A stretch of DNA of 64,000 nt from Octopus sinensis (GCF_006345805.1 NC_043002.1:115816001-115880000), one strand, 5' to 3'. Counted from the stretch's first letter, positions 12,543 to 25,969 are shown. Numbers and translations are program-made. Notes: generated by a model from the sequence alone, not told the origin.

Positions 12543-14042
12543 GTAAGTTTGCAATTCAATGTATTTAAGTTGAAAAACACATTTTTTTCTTTGTAGTTCA
12601 GTAGAAATGAAGTAAGAAAACACCTTGAATCTAATTGAAGTAACAAGTTCCACACCTAAATGTCTGGGGTTTTATTTTTTTTGTGAATCTCCCGAGGTAG
12701 AAGAATTAGTCTCTAAAATTAATTAATTTACTTTTATTTCGTATTTTTGACTCTCATTTTAATTTACTTGGTGATGGCTATGAAAGTGAAAAAGAAATCT
12801 GCTAATCTCCTCATCTCATCGGTTATTGGAGTCTATAATTACTTTAGACTCTTTACTATAGACAACATGGATATTAACCCGAAGAAAGTCGATTCCCTTT
12901 ATTTCTGGTGGTTTTATTTATATTCGAGATTGATGATAGCAGTTAATATACAACGCTATTGTTTTTAGTCAAGTCTCCTAATAAAATGTTTGTTCGTCTG
13001 AAGTCCTGAAAATTTCTATTTTATTTAATGTCTTTATATCTTGACAACCCATCTAACAATACACGTATGTTAAGGAAATCTGTTGCCGTCTTGTGTCCCA
13101 TTTCGAATTAGGCAACAGCTGAGATGTTCATAGATTTGTTCTCGATACCAACATTTCTTTAGGTTTTGAGTTCAGATCTCACAGGGTTCGATATTGCCTT
13201 TTATCCTTTTGGGTTCGATAGAATAGAGTGGTGCCACACAAGTACTGCATGTACCCTCCCCCAAAATGTGTAACCTTGTGTCTATAATAGAAATTAATAG
13301 GTAGATTTATTGACACTACTAATCTATTTCAAATAGTCGTTTAGTTCTATAAAAATATGTTGCCCTGTCGATGTTATTGAACTGTCAACCTACGATCCAA
13401 GTTTTTATTCCAAACTGCGACCGATTCACTTTTGTCCCAGCATGTTGTATCTCGTGCCGAAGTAAGAAAGTAGTTTTAGACTATCATTATACTTAAAGAG
13501 AGTTTAACAATCACAATATTTATAGATAAGTGTACTGAAAGATCAAAGTATAGCCAAACATTTTAGTGTTTGCATATGTATAATATAGTGAGCAGTGAAG
13601 AATTGGAAATATTTATGCGGTGAGGAAAAGACAAAATAGTACAATGAATAACAATTTAGGGATGAGGTCTAAAACTGAATCATGCTTGGAGTTGTTTCCC
13701 GTATTTGCCGAAAAGATCAAAATTTAAATATGCTAACACTAACGTAAATATAGATTTTTATGCGGTTGGTACCGCTTTGTAATCAACCTCATTGATTTGT
13801 AGTCGACATGTATAATATAGTGAGCTGAAAAGCTTTTTAACTGAGATAATCTTTGCAATTAATAGACAAAAATCCTCGTCGAGGGTCTTAAAAACCTAGA
13901 ACCATTAAGCAAGGTAGGTAACTCCATTAATATCAGCTCACCCAAATTTTTGAAAATTCAATTCGCTAGATTACATATGTGAAATTATTGCTCAGATATT
14001 TTCTTCTACCCTATTGTTGATACTCGTAATCGGCATCACATC

Positions 14043-14580
14043 TCTCTCATATAGGCGTGGGTTCAGCTCCACTGCATGGCACCTTGGGCAAATGTCTTCT
14101 ACGATAGACTCAGGCCTTGTGAATGAGTTCGGTGGACGAAAACTGAAAGAACCCTGTCGTGTGTATGTCTATATATATATATATATTGTCAATGTATCGT
14201 ATATCCGGTTAAAAAAGCACTCTCTAGGGCATAGGGCAGTAATGTAGTAAACGTAATTAAGTTCGTGACCGGACATAAACTTAATTACTTTTAATATAAG
14301 TGTCTGTATCCCTACCACTGCTTCGTAACCGATGATGGTATGTTATATTCCCGTAACTTAGTGCTTCGGCAAAAGAGGCTGATAGAATAATTACCAAGTT
14401 TTAAAAAAAATACTGGGGTCGATTTGCTCGACTAGAATACTTCATGGCTGCAGTCTAATGACAGAAACAAGTAAAAGATAAATATATATATAGGTGCAGG
14501 CATGGCTATTCCCAACTACATGGTTCAGGGTTCATTCCCACTGCATGGCACCTTTGAGCAATCAAAGCTATGTGAGTGTA
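14043..14580 (+). mobile_element. Fragments of the abundant tRNA-derived SINE, same family as 63137-63540
   Basis: ggcaccttgggcaa..tcttctac core, central TA microsatellite, tail ...gactgaaacaagtaaaaga. Confidence 0.7.
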
Positions 14581-14588
14581 AATATATA

Positions 14589-15483
14589 TCAGGTCATCCC
14601 ATAAGTTCTGTCCGATTTTACCTTTTTTAAAACTGAATGAAATTTAATAGTATTTTAGACTGTCTAATAGAATTAAAAATTATTTTTATGCATTTGTGTA
14701 CATTTAAACTAATTAAATATTATTTTACAGAATAATTGAATTAAAATTTCTTTGATTAAAACCCTTTCTAACATGGATGTAGTCAAAGAGCATTTAAGGC
14801 ACATAATGCTTTACGAGTACAAAAAAAGGAAACTCTGCAGCCAAAGCAACTCGAAACATACACTTAATTTATGGGAAAGAATCCTTGAATGAAAGAACTT
14901 GTAGAAGATGGTTTGCAAAATTCAGAAGCGGAGATTTCAACCTTGAAGATGCAGATTGAACAGGACGCCCAGTTGAGTTTCATGATAAGCTCCTTGAGGC
15001 ATTACTTGAAAATTTTGCATTATCAGTTGAAGAATTGGCAATAAAGCTTAGTTCAAACCATACAACTGTTCATTGTCATCTTCAACAACTTGGAAAGGCT
15101 CCTAAACTTGGAAAATGGGTGCTTCATGAATTGTCCGAAAGCAACCGCAAATCCTTTTCAGAAGATCAAAGAGCTTTGGTTGGGGAAAAATTCCTCATCC
15201 ACCTTATTCTCCTGACCTTGTTCCTTCAGACTACCATTTGTGTTGTAGTTTACAGAATGATTTGGGAGGCATAACTTTTGCAAGCCAGGAGGAGGTTGAA
15301 ACTGACATTTCAGAGTTCTTCGCTTTCAAACCAATTGATGGTATTAAAAAGCTTGTAAATAGATGGAAGAAAGTCATAGATAATCAGGGAAAGAACATTA
15401 ATGATTAGATTTCAATTAAATATAACATTTGATCACTTGTTTTCTTTATTCAAAATGTGGACAGAACTTATGGTATGACCTGA
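14589..15483 (+). mobile_element. Internally deleted mariner transposon
   Basis: TA|TCAGGTCATCCCATAAGTTCTGTCC and GGACAGAACTTATGGTATGACCTGA|TA TIRs. N-terminal HTH HLRHIMLYEYKKG..RRWFAKFRSGDFNLED and WVLHEL (WVPHEL) motif present; catalytic core deleted. Confidence 0.92.
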
Positions 15484-16226
15484 TATATAGACGATGTGTG
15501 TGTGTATATATATGTGCGTCTTTGTGTCGGTTCCCCTCCCACTACTGGTGTTGGTATGTTTACATACCCTTATGTAGCGGTTTGACAAAAGAGACTGATA
15601 GAATAAGTATCAGATTTAAGAAAGAAAGAAAGGTACTGGGTCAATTTGTTTGACTAAAAATCCTTCAGGCAATGCCCCAGCATGGCCATAGTTTAATGAC
15701 TGAAACAAAGATATATATATACCACACCCCACCTGTGTGAACAGGTGTGTGTATAGTCAAGGGAGATCCCAGTAATGGCACTCTCTGAAAATAGATGGAA
15801 GAAAGTCATAGATAATCAGGGAAAGAACATTATGATTAGATTTCAATTAAATATAACATTTGATCACTTGTTTTCTTTATTCAAAATTTGGACAGAACTT
15901 ATGGTATGACCTGATATATAGACGATGTGTGTGTGTATATATATGTGCGTCTTTGTGTCGGTTCCCCTCCCCACTACTGGTGTTGGTATGTTTACATACC
16001 CGTTATGTAGCGGTTTGACAAAAGAGACTGATAGAATAAGTATCAGATTTAAGAAAAGAAAGAAAGGTACTGGGGTCAATTTGTTTGACTAAAAATCCTT
16101 CAAGGCAATGCCCCAGCATGGCCATAGTTTAATGACTGAAACAAAAGATATATATACACACACACCCACCTGTGTGAACAGGTGTGTGTATAGTCAAGGG
16201 AGATCCCAAGTAATGGCACTCTCTGA
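15357..16226 (+). repeat. Tandem duplication of about 435 bp (mariner right end plus SINE tail)
   Basis: 15357-15788 and 15789-16226 are near-identical and differ mainly by 1-nt indels. Confidence 0.92.
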
Positions 16227-16589
16227 TGAGCTCTGTGATTGGGTTCTACTTTCTGTACAGAACCAAGTGGGAAAATTGGTTGAATTGGCTCTGTAATACT
16301 GTATTTTATTAATATTGATCTCTCCACTCTTGACATAAGTTCAAGTGCCTGCTTTTTCTGATTTATGGATTTTTAGATCACTACAATATATAAATCTTTT
16401 ACCTTTTACTTGTTTCAGTCCTTAGACTATGGCTTTGCTGGTGCACCACCTTGAAGAATTTTAGTCAAGCGATTCAACCCCAGTACATTTTTTATTTATA
16501 GCCTTCACCCATATATATATATATATGATTATTATTTTTAAAAATACATGTTTACCATGGAGTTCTGGTAATGCATGTTAGCTGCAGCA

Positions 16590-17640
16590 TACCTACACAT
16601 ATGTGCCCCAACGATTTTCTTTCCTCATAACTTTCAGAAAAATGGATATATTTTTATGAAATTGTCTACAAATACACTTCAGGCGGTGTACATCTGGATT
16701 ATATCAGAATTTGTGAAATTTTTCAAAAAAATTTGTATGTTAGCCTGTATGTGTGCTATCCCACCAGTTTTTATTTTAATATTAAATTCTGATATAATCG
16801 TGATCTACACACTCTAAAAGGTATTCGTCAAAATTTTCACTTAAAAATACTCGTTTTTCTGAAAGTTATGAGGAAACAGCTGACTTGTGAATGTTCTGAA
16901 ACTCCCCTAAAAAGATTTTTTTCACAAGAAATTTAGATATAATTGGAACCCACATTTATAGAAAATTTCATTAAAACATGTCTATTTTTCTGGAATTTAT
17001 AAGGGAATAAACTTGGTATAAGTATAAGCATTGCTTGAACACAAGCATCTTCATTATAATTTTTTTAAAATTCATGTTCATTGTGGACTTCCAGTAATGC
17101 ACATGTAATGATATACAGTAATTGGTCAGAGCAAAGTGTTCATGATTCTGATAATATATGAATTTGTTTCCTTATAACTTACAGAAAATTGGGTATTTTT
17201 CTCATGAAATTTTCTACAAATACCTTTCAAAGAGTGTAGATTATGATTATATCAAAACTTAATAAGACAAAAGAAAAAAAAAAATTGGGGGTTTAGCACA
17301 CTATCATTACACATCACATATATCTACAAAATTTTCTAAAAAAAATTGTGATTTGTGTCAGTATGTATGTGTGCATGCTCACCATTTTCTTTTTCAAATT
17401 CCTATATAATCATAATTCACACACACACTCTGAAAGGAATTTGTGAATTTTTCATTTAAAACCAACTCGTGAATTTTCTGAAGCTTCTCTCTCCACAGCC
17501 TTGAAAATTTTTTCTCACAACCAATATTAATATAATTGGAATCTACATCTGAAGTGTATTTGCATATTATTTCAGTGAAAGAAATATCCATTTTTCTGGA
17601 ACTCACAAGTAAATAAAGTTGGTGGGGTACATTTGTGCAT
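16590..17640. repeat. Foldback-like element with internal direct and inverted subrepeats
   Basis: tttcctcataactttcagaaaa (about 16620) has an inverted copy at about 16855. 16590-16720 is a diverged inverted copy of 17490-17640. Confidence 0.55.
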
Positions 17641-17760
17641 TTATACCCATAGCTTTAACATAAGTAGTTTCTATGATTACATTGTTATTATATATATCTA
17701 CATATCAGCTTGCTTCGCTTCACTTTCATTTTGTATGTAACTATTTAATTATATGACTGC

Positions 17761-18250
17761 ATCATCATCATCGTTTAACGTCTACTTTCCATGCTGGCAT
17801 GGGTTGGACTGTTTGACTGAGGACTAGCGAGCCAGATGGCTGCACCAGGCTCCAATCTGATCTGGCAGAGTTTCTACAGCTGGATGCCCTTCCTAGCACC
17901 AACAACTTTTATGTGTCACTGGCATGAGGGCCAGTCAAGCAGTACTGGCGACGGCCACGCTCAAATGGCGTTTTTTATGTGCCACCTGCACAGGAGCCAG
18001 TCCAGCGGCACTGGCAACGACCTCACTTGAATGTTGTTTTTCACATGCCACCGACACAAGTGCCAGTAAGGCGATACTGATAACAATCATGCTTGAATGG
18101 TGTTTTGTATGTGCCACCAGCATGGGAGCCAGTCAGAAGCCCTGGCAATGATCACGCTTGGATGGTGCTTTTAACGATCCTCTGGCATGGGTGCCAGTCA
18201 GGTGGTGCTGTCATTGGCCATATCAGCGAATTTGATTTTGATTGTTCAGT
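17761..18250 (-). mobile_element. RTE 3' UTR fragment with five diverged ~66-bp hairpin modules
   Basis: (CAT)n tail, the conserved RTE 3' terminus, then modules built on GCCAGT-N7/8-ACTGGC. Confidence 0.85.
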
Positions 18251-18680
18251 TTGCATCAAAATGGTCTCAATAATGTGAATGAAATAGGCTCAATTTTTTC
18301 ACTACACATAAACGTAAATAGGATCACAGTATTTACAAATGATAATTGTGTTCAGTAATGAATATTAACTGCATTAAAAATATCGTTTTGTATGTGTGTA
18401 GGTATAAAATTTATTGGCAGCATTTAGGTAGTAAATTTTCATTGCTTTATAAATGCATGTTCTTTTGACATAATTGCATTTTTATCGCATTGCCCTACTT
18501 TGCGTTTTCCATTTTTGATGTTCAAGCTTATTCATGTTGCATGTTTTGCTAGCATTCTTCCCACATGTATGACGTATGTATACTTACACCTATGTGCTAT
18601 AGGAATATATACTACAATGTTATCAAGCCAATATAAAACATGTTATTTTGAGGATGGCTTGTTAACTTGAGTATATATAT

Positions 18681-20760
18681 ATTAGCCCAACTAATTAGAG
18701 AGAGAGTTAGTTTAGATGAGATGCAGTTTGGGTTTGTGCCAGGGAAAAGCACCACTGATGCTATATTCCTGGTAAGGCAGCTGCAGGAGAAATACCTAGC
18801 CAAAGATAAGCCCCTGTACCTGGCTTTTGTTGACATGGAGAAAGCCTTTGATAGGGTCCCCCGATCCCTCATCTGGTGGTCAATGAGGAAACTAGGGATA
18901 GATGAATGGCTGGTGAGGGCTGTGCAAGCCATGTACAGAGATGCCGTAAGCAAGGTTAGGGTTGGCAACATGTACACAGAAGAATTCAAAGTAGAGGTTG
19001 GGGTCCACCAGGGCTCAGTACTCAGCCTCCTCCTATTTATCATAGTCCTCCAGGCAATAACAGAGGAATTCAAGACAGGATGCCCCTGGGAGCTCCTCTA
19101 TGCTGACGACCTCGCTCTAATTGCTGAGTCACTATCAGAACTGGAGGAGAAGTTCCAGGTGTGGAAGGAGGGTTTAGAATCGAGGGGCCTTAGAGTCAAC
19201 CTAGCTAAAACCAAAGTACTAATAAGTAGAAAGGTAGGCAACCCACAAATGTCCTCAGGAAGATGGCCCTGCTCGATCTGTAGAAAAGGTGTAGGTAGAA
19301 ACTCTATAAGATGTACCCAGTGTAAGCTATGGACACATAAGAGGTGCAGCAATGTCAAAGGTAGGCTAACTGGGAAGACAGTCTTTATATGTGGCAGATG
19401 CTCGGGAGCATTGACCTCCGAAAATCTGCAGAAAACAACTTCCGTCACTTTCCAGGGGGAAAAATTAGAAGTAGTTGATAGCTTCCGTTATCTAGGTGAC
19501 CAAGTCAGTAGTGGGGGTGGGTGCGCTGAGAGTGTAACTGCTAGAATAAGAATAGCCTGGGCAAAGTTTAGGGAGCTCTTACCTCTGCTGGTGACTAAAG
19601 GCCTCTCGTTCAGAGTAAAGGGCAGACTGTATGATGCATGTATTCGAACTGCCATGCTACATGGCAGTGAAACATGGGCCGTGACTGCTGAGGACATGCG
19701 TAAGCTCATGAGGAATGAAGCCAGTATGCTCCGATGGATGTGTAATGTCAGTGTACTTACTCGACAGAGTGTTAGTTCCCTAAGAGAAATGTTGTACCTA
19801 AGAAGCATCAGTTTTTGCGTGCAAGAGAGACGATTGCGATGGTATGGTCATGTGGCGAGAATTGATGAAGATAGGTGTGTGAGAAAGTGCCAATCCCTAG
19901 CAGTTGAGGGAACCCGTGGAAGAGGTAGACCCAGGAAAACCTGGGACGAGGTGGTGAAGCACGACCTTCGAACGTTAGGTCTCACCATGGAAATGACCAG
20001 AGACCGAGACCTATGGAAGTATGCTGTGCGTGAGAAGACCCGGCAAGACTAGTGAAGCCATAACCCGTGGCCCCTACCTGGGACGTAGTCAGTCCGCCTG
20101 TGCATACCTTCCTGCTTGTGACACTTGTGAAGACCTGTTGAGGGAAATCAAATCAAAGTCAAATCGAATCAGGTCAAACAAAATCAAAATAGATGAACAT
20201 CAATGGAATTTGTATCCTTGTGGTACCAGTGCCGGCGGCACATAAGAAAACCATCTGAACGGGACCGTAGCCAGTACCGCAAACACCGTCCGAGCATGGC
20301 CGTCTGCCAGCCTCGTCTGGCACCTGTGTCGGTGGCACATAAAAACACCATCCGAGCGTGGCCGTCTGCCAGCCTCGTCTGGCACCTGTGTCGGTGGCAC
20401 ATAAAAACACCATCCGAGCGTGGCCGTCTGCCAGCCTCGTCTGGCACCTGTGTCGGTGGCACATAAAAACACCATCCGAGCGTGGCCGTCTGCCAGCCTC
20501 GTCTGGCACCTGTGTCGGTGGCACATAAAAACACCATCCGAGCGTGGCCGTTCGCCAGCCTCGTCTGGCACCTGTGTCGGTGGCACATAAAATCACCCAC
20601 TACACTCTCGGAGTGGTTGGCGTTAGGAAGGGCATCCAGCTGTAGAAACACTGCCAGATCTGACTGGCCTGGTGCAGCCTTCGGGCTCCCCAGACCCCAG
20701 TTGAACCGTCCAACCCATGCTAGCATGGAAAGCGGACGTTAAACGACGATGATGATGATG
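18681..20760 (+). mobile_element. Young 5'-truncated RTE-type LINE in ARL1 intron 1
   Basis: Uninterrupted frame to the stop at 20052 with RT motifs and a PHD-like insert; 62-bp tandem repeats in the 3' UTR; (GAT)n tail. Confidence 0.97.
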
Positions 20761-20832
20761 ATACACATATATATATACATAGAAAATATATAAAAATGAA
20801 GTCAAATGAAGTAATATTTTGAATGCATTTAA

Positions 20833-21051
20833 CCCTTTAGCATTCAGATTACTCTGTGAAATGTAATTCTTATTTATTCACATTGTTTTGAATCATTCAT
20901 GCATCATCTGATAGTGTTAAGATTTTGATGAAATGATGGTATATTTTCAAAATGTCATTTTAGGATAGATGTGAGAAACCATATCTGGCTAGTTTGAACA
21001 TAATAAGGTAAAATATTTGGGCCAGATATGGCTGGTTTAAACACTAAAGGG
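20833..21051. mobile_element. piggyBac-type TTAA MITE
   Basis: TTAA|CCCTTTAG...CTAAAGGG|TTAC termini, right TSD with one mismatch. Confidence 0.75.
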
Positions 21052-21479
21052 TTACGATGTATGTTTGTTTCAGTTAATTGTGCAATAGTAAAAAATATTT
21101 CATCTCCTATGCAAAATCTTTCTCATCTTAACTGAGGAAGTTTGTACACAGATGAAATTCCCTTTACATAATTATCTGAAATGTATGTATTAAATGCATT
21201 CAAAATAATACTTGGCTTAACTTCATTTTTATATATTATATGGCCATATGTCCTGTAGAAGTTAGCCAGTCCTAAATCCATCCTTGTAGATACACAACAA
21301 CAAGGATTTGGATAGGTTTGTTCAGTTCAACTTGAGTTGGAAATTCTGGTAAAGTGCATCATTCCAGAGCATAACTCAGTTGAAACGCCCATTACTTTCA
21401 CCAGTTACCTTTTAAAGTCAAGACTCACTCCAGACACTTTTGTCTTTTCTGAAAATTTAGATTTATCTTTTCTCTTGAA

Positions 21480-21625
21480 AAGCTGAAAAAATTGACTCCA
21501 GTCCCTCTCCCTTTCTTTTTTTAAAGCCTGGTATTTATTTTATGTCTCTTTTTGTTGAACTGTTAGCTTATGTGGATATGAATAAGCCAACACTGGTTAT
21601 CAGTCGGTGCTGGTGGACACACACA
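21480..21625 (-). mobile_element. 3' half of a tRNA-SINE split by the Tx1 insertion
   Basis: Reverse complement of the SINE tail; the matching 5' half is at 25970-26135. Confidence 0.7.
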
Positions 21626-21710
21626 CCGCATCTCTCTCTCCCCTCCCCCCTTCTCTCTCTCCTCCCCCCTCCCCCCTTCTCTCTCTTCCTCTCCCCTCCC
21701 CTCTCTCTCT

Positions 21711-24700
21711 TATTGGTTGTGTTATTCTTTGCTCCGCAGTGAAAGATTGTTTTTGTGCAGAAAATTGTGAAAATTTGCTGTTTTGGTCGTCGAGACTACT
21801 TCTTTTCTGCTGTTGCAGCAGAGTTTTGCTGTTATTTCCCCCTTGTTTCAAGGGGGAAGCGACAAAAAACATGAATTTGCCACCAATTTCTTCCAAGTCC
21901 GAGGATAACGTTGAAAATTTGTTTGAAGGCGAAAATGTGGGAGGAGGAAGGTGAAAGTAAAGAGACGTCTCACGCGAACATTACAAAAGCAGACGACAAT
22001 ATGTCTAGCGAGGCTACTACACAACAGGAAAAATCAAAAATAAATTTTGTAAGTGCAGCAACTCGCCCCTGTGAAAACATCGTTATAAACAAGGAAGAAT
22101 TAAAGAAATACCAAAGTTTATTAAAAAAAGGTGATAATGTAAAGTTGCTCCCTCCCAGTGAATTAATTTACGTGACGGAGAGAAAAACTGTTATATACAA
22201 GACATATAATGTCAAAAATAAAAAAATCGATTTTGTACCGAAGGAAGCGATCAAAAAATGCTTGAGGCCGATATGGCAACAAACAAGCAAGATAACGAGG
22301 GGTAGTTGCTTCGGCACTGTAGAGGTGCGTTTCCCTAGCGAAGAAAAAGCTAGGGAACATTCAACAAGGACATTGAAGTCGGAAGATGTAGTTCTCCTCC
22401 CGACTTATTTAGGAAAGAGAAATAGATGTGGCCTTTGTCATAGCCGCTATTCTCTTAGGCAAAGAAGAAGAAATTGCAATTCTTCAGTCTAAGAGATACT
22501 GCCACATGAACTGGTTTGGACAAGATTTAGAGCTTGTCATCCAAGCAAACCCCTCAGGCTTAGAAAAATTACCCAGTTCCCTCACAATTGGAGAAAATAC
22601 CAGCATGATGGTGGTAGTCAAGGAGAGAAAGCCCAGGGGTTACAAATGTAGCGAGAAAGGCCACATAAGGTTGAACTGTAAGAAGAAGACAGCCAAAGGA
22701 AACGCAGCAGAAGAGGCAAGCACGATGCCAAAGACAACAACCACACCGCTAGAAATAGTAGCCTCGTCGCACACCCCAATTGCCGAAGTTCAGCCGACAG
22801 CGGGAGAAAACAACAACAACATCCAGGAGTGGGTCACCGCAGAACCTTCAAAAAGAATACGGAAATGGAAAAACCCACCCTCTTCGGATACACAGAACTA
22901 TGCTCCGAGACAGACAAGCACACCCACACCCACAAATACAGTCGCAAACACACATGTAGCCAAAAAAACACATACTGGAAAAAACACACACAAACACACA
23001 CACACCTACCACATGCACACACACCTACAAACACCCACGCTTCTACAAGCACCCCCCCCTCCACAATCGCCTAACATAAAAAAAGAGAAACATCTTCACG
23101 ACGATAAACAAAAATAATAAACTATTAAGAGACAAAATTATTTTAATGAAATCGGCGAAAAAATATATCGCAACAGATGTAAATAATACTATTTCTGAAA
23201 ATGTCGAATTTTATACTATAGATAACTCTGACTATTTTGAACTAAAAAAATCTTTTGCGGAGGACGTCGGCCCATTACAGATGAACTTTTCGAGCCATCT
23301 GTACAGGCAATTCATGAAAAAAATGATCTCGCAAAACACAACACTCACAGACAGAAAAGGGGAGGGTGAAATTACACCCTCTCTTCCATTAAAACAGTAA
23401 GTTTTAAACATACGACTAATTTTTCACATTCTCGTTTAAACTCGGTTGTATAAATATTCGCGGCCTGGGGTCCTATTGGAAGCAAGGCTACCTCCTTAAC
23501 GACCTTAGGTTGCATCGTTTGTATGTAGTTGTAATTACCGAATCCAGACTGAGTGGGCTGCAGGCTTTTTCGCCCCTTCTAAATGGCTACGAGAAATACG
23601 TTTCTCCCTGTCGACCTGGAGGGCGCGGAGGAGTGGCAGTGCTGGTCAGAAAAAAACCTGGATTTAGAGATTAGAACTGTCTTTATAGATCCGGAAGGCA
23701 GGTTGGTCGTTTTGGATGTGACGCACAGCAGTGGTAAAGTGTTCAGGCTGGTCGCTGTCTATGCCCCCTGCGAAGGAAAAGTGGGGACAAATCGCTGGGA
23801 CTCGATGGTCTGCCTTACGAACCCTATAGTAGCATGCCAGACTTGTTTGGGCACCTACTTGCATGCGTGTACACCAACTGGCAGCAGAACGGGAGAATTC
23901 CTAAGTCTGTGAGCCGAGGGGTGGTAGCGCTGTTAAGAAAGGACCCAAACAAGGGGGATTTAATTGATAATTTTTGGCCCATCACTCTGCTTAACGCAGA
24001 GTTGAAGATTTTGGCCAAGGTCTTAGCAAAAAGGTTGGCGAGGGTCATGGGTGAACTTGTTGGCGAGGCGCAAACTTGCGCCATCCCTGGAAGGACCATC
24101 CACGACAATCTCCACTTTCTACACTATGCCTTAGAAAGGGTAAATAGGATTCCTGGCAAGGGTGGGGCTATGGTCCACTTGGACCGATCGAAAGCGTTCG
24201 ATAGGGTGGACCATCAGTATCTGGCGGCTGGCTTCGGCCCGACCTTCTGCGGATGGATCAACGCTTTATACAGCGACATCGAATCGGTAATTCGGGTGAA
24301 TGGTTTCTTTTTGGAGCCGTTCCGCATTGAACGTTCAGTACGTCAAGGGTGTCCTCTCTCCCCGCTTCTCTACGTTTTGGCCCTCCGCAAGATGTAGGGT
24401 GCGGAAAGTCAGCTTCGGCGTATGCGGACGACATCACCGTCATCGTATCCCGAGTCGAGCACTTACAGTGGGTGGGTGAGACCTTAAGGGACTACGAAGC
24501 GGTGGCAGGAGCGAAAGTCAACCGGTATAAATCGGTCGGCTTGCAACTCAGCACCTAGAGGGGCAAGTCGATGTCTTCCATCAGCGTTGTAGGACGTTGG
24601 ACGGAAGGGCCGGTGAAAATGCTTGGAATCTGGTTAGGTCCAGATCTCCAGATAGAGAAGAATTGGAGCGAGGTGGCGAGAGAGGTGGCTCTCCTAACTC

Positions 24701-25961
24701 AGACCTGGTCTGAGCGGAAGCTGTCCTTGAAAGGGAGGGCAGAGGTGTTTATCGCCTCTGTAATCACTTACCACCTGACCGTCATGCCTTGCCCCGATTC
24801 GTGGCTGGACAAGCTGGAACGCATGCTCTTTCGCTTTTTGTGGAGGGGCAGCAGACCTCTTGTAAGGTGCTCTATTTGCTGCCAAAAGCCGCTGAAGGGT
24901 GGGTTAGGGATGCCGTGGCTAAATATGTGCTCAGGCTTAGGCACCTCTGGCTTTACCTGGACGGTGAGCAGGTGTGGTCTCCGTTCGTCAAGCTGTTATT
25001 TCCACAGTTCACATTGTTTACCAAACTGAACTCATGGATCAAGTGTAGACCGAGGTTGGGCGCTTGGCATGTAGAGTGCCATCAGGCATTTGTGCTTCTC
25101 TCCCAGTCGGGCAACGCTGGTGACGGGGGAACTACCTCATTCTTCTATAGAGGGTTAGTAGAGTTTAAGTGTGACGACGTCCTGGGAGAAACCCTGGGCT
25201 TCAATGAAAATCAACTGGCCAACCTGTTCCAAAGAACATTCGGTCCAGGGCCTATGGATAATTACCAAAAGTCCCTGGCCTGGCAATGTTACAGAGGAGC
25301 TTTACCGGTTCGAGATAAGCTCTTTAGACATGGGTGTGCACCTTCGCCGGTTTGTGCAAGATGTGAGAGGGACAGTGAAACTGTCCTGCATGCGATTGTG
25401 CAATGCCCCAAGGTGACTGAACTCTGGGCTTATGTCGAACACCTGCTGTTGCATTCGAGAAGAGTACAACTGTGAGCGAATCTGTATTAAGATAGTTCCG
25501 CCGACCTCCCTGAATAGGGAGGAGCGAGCCTGTTTTCTCTCGGTAGTTTGCTGTGGCGAAACAATAGTATGGAAAACGAGAGTAAAGGAATTGCACAGGC
25601 AGTTTATCTCCAGTCTTGAACTAATCGACTTTTCGTTTTCCACATGAAACGGAAAATAAGGCTGGAGAAGAAATGCCTGTCGCAAAGTGTGTTTCGTAAA
25701 AGATGGAAGTCTATAGCAAGTATGTTGCGAGTGAAAGAACCTGTTTAATCAAGAATGTAAAAAAGGAGAAAGCAAAGTCTTCAATGTGGTTTGTGGGGTC
25801 AACCGCGTCCTCCGCTTCATTTTGTGTTAATCACTCATTCTCATTTAACTTTATATATTTTAATTGTTTGTTTATTCATACGTTTCGTTTCATTCGATAC
25901 CCTGACCCCAATGTTTGTTTTGTCCCCTCTTTTTCTCAACCTTATGGTGAATAAAGAAATA
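21711..25961 (+). mobile_element. Near full-length but decayed L1/Tx1-clade LINE (ORF1 with zinc knuckle; ORF2 with APE, RT and CCHC)
   Basis: ORF1 pieces 21911-23400 with GYKCSEKGHIRLNC. APE start CINIRGLG near 23447. RT motifs WPITLLNAELKILAKVLA, LDRSKAFDRV, RQGCPLSPLLY, YADD. C-terminal CARCERDSETVLHAIVQC. Ends AATAAAGAAATA then CTCTCTC. Confidence 0.92.

Positions 25962-25969
<8 letters not shown>

Noticed and set aside
20282-20590. Regularly spaced palindromic repeats as a CRISPR array (also 10692-10955 and 17900-18235)
   Set aside because: Eukaryotic context, no cas genes, units are identical or homologous along their whole length, and all sit in RTE 3' UTRs.
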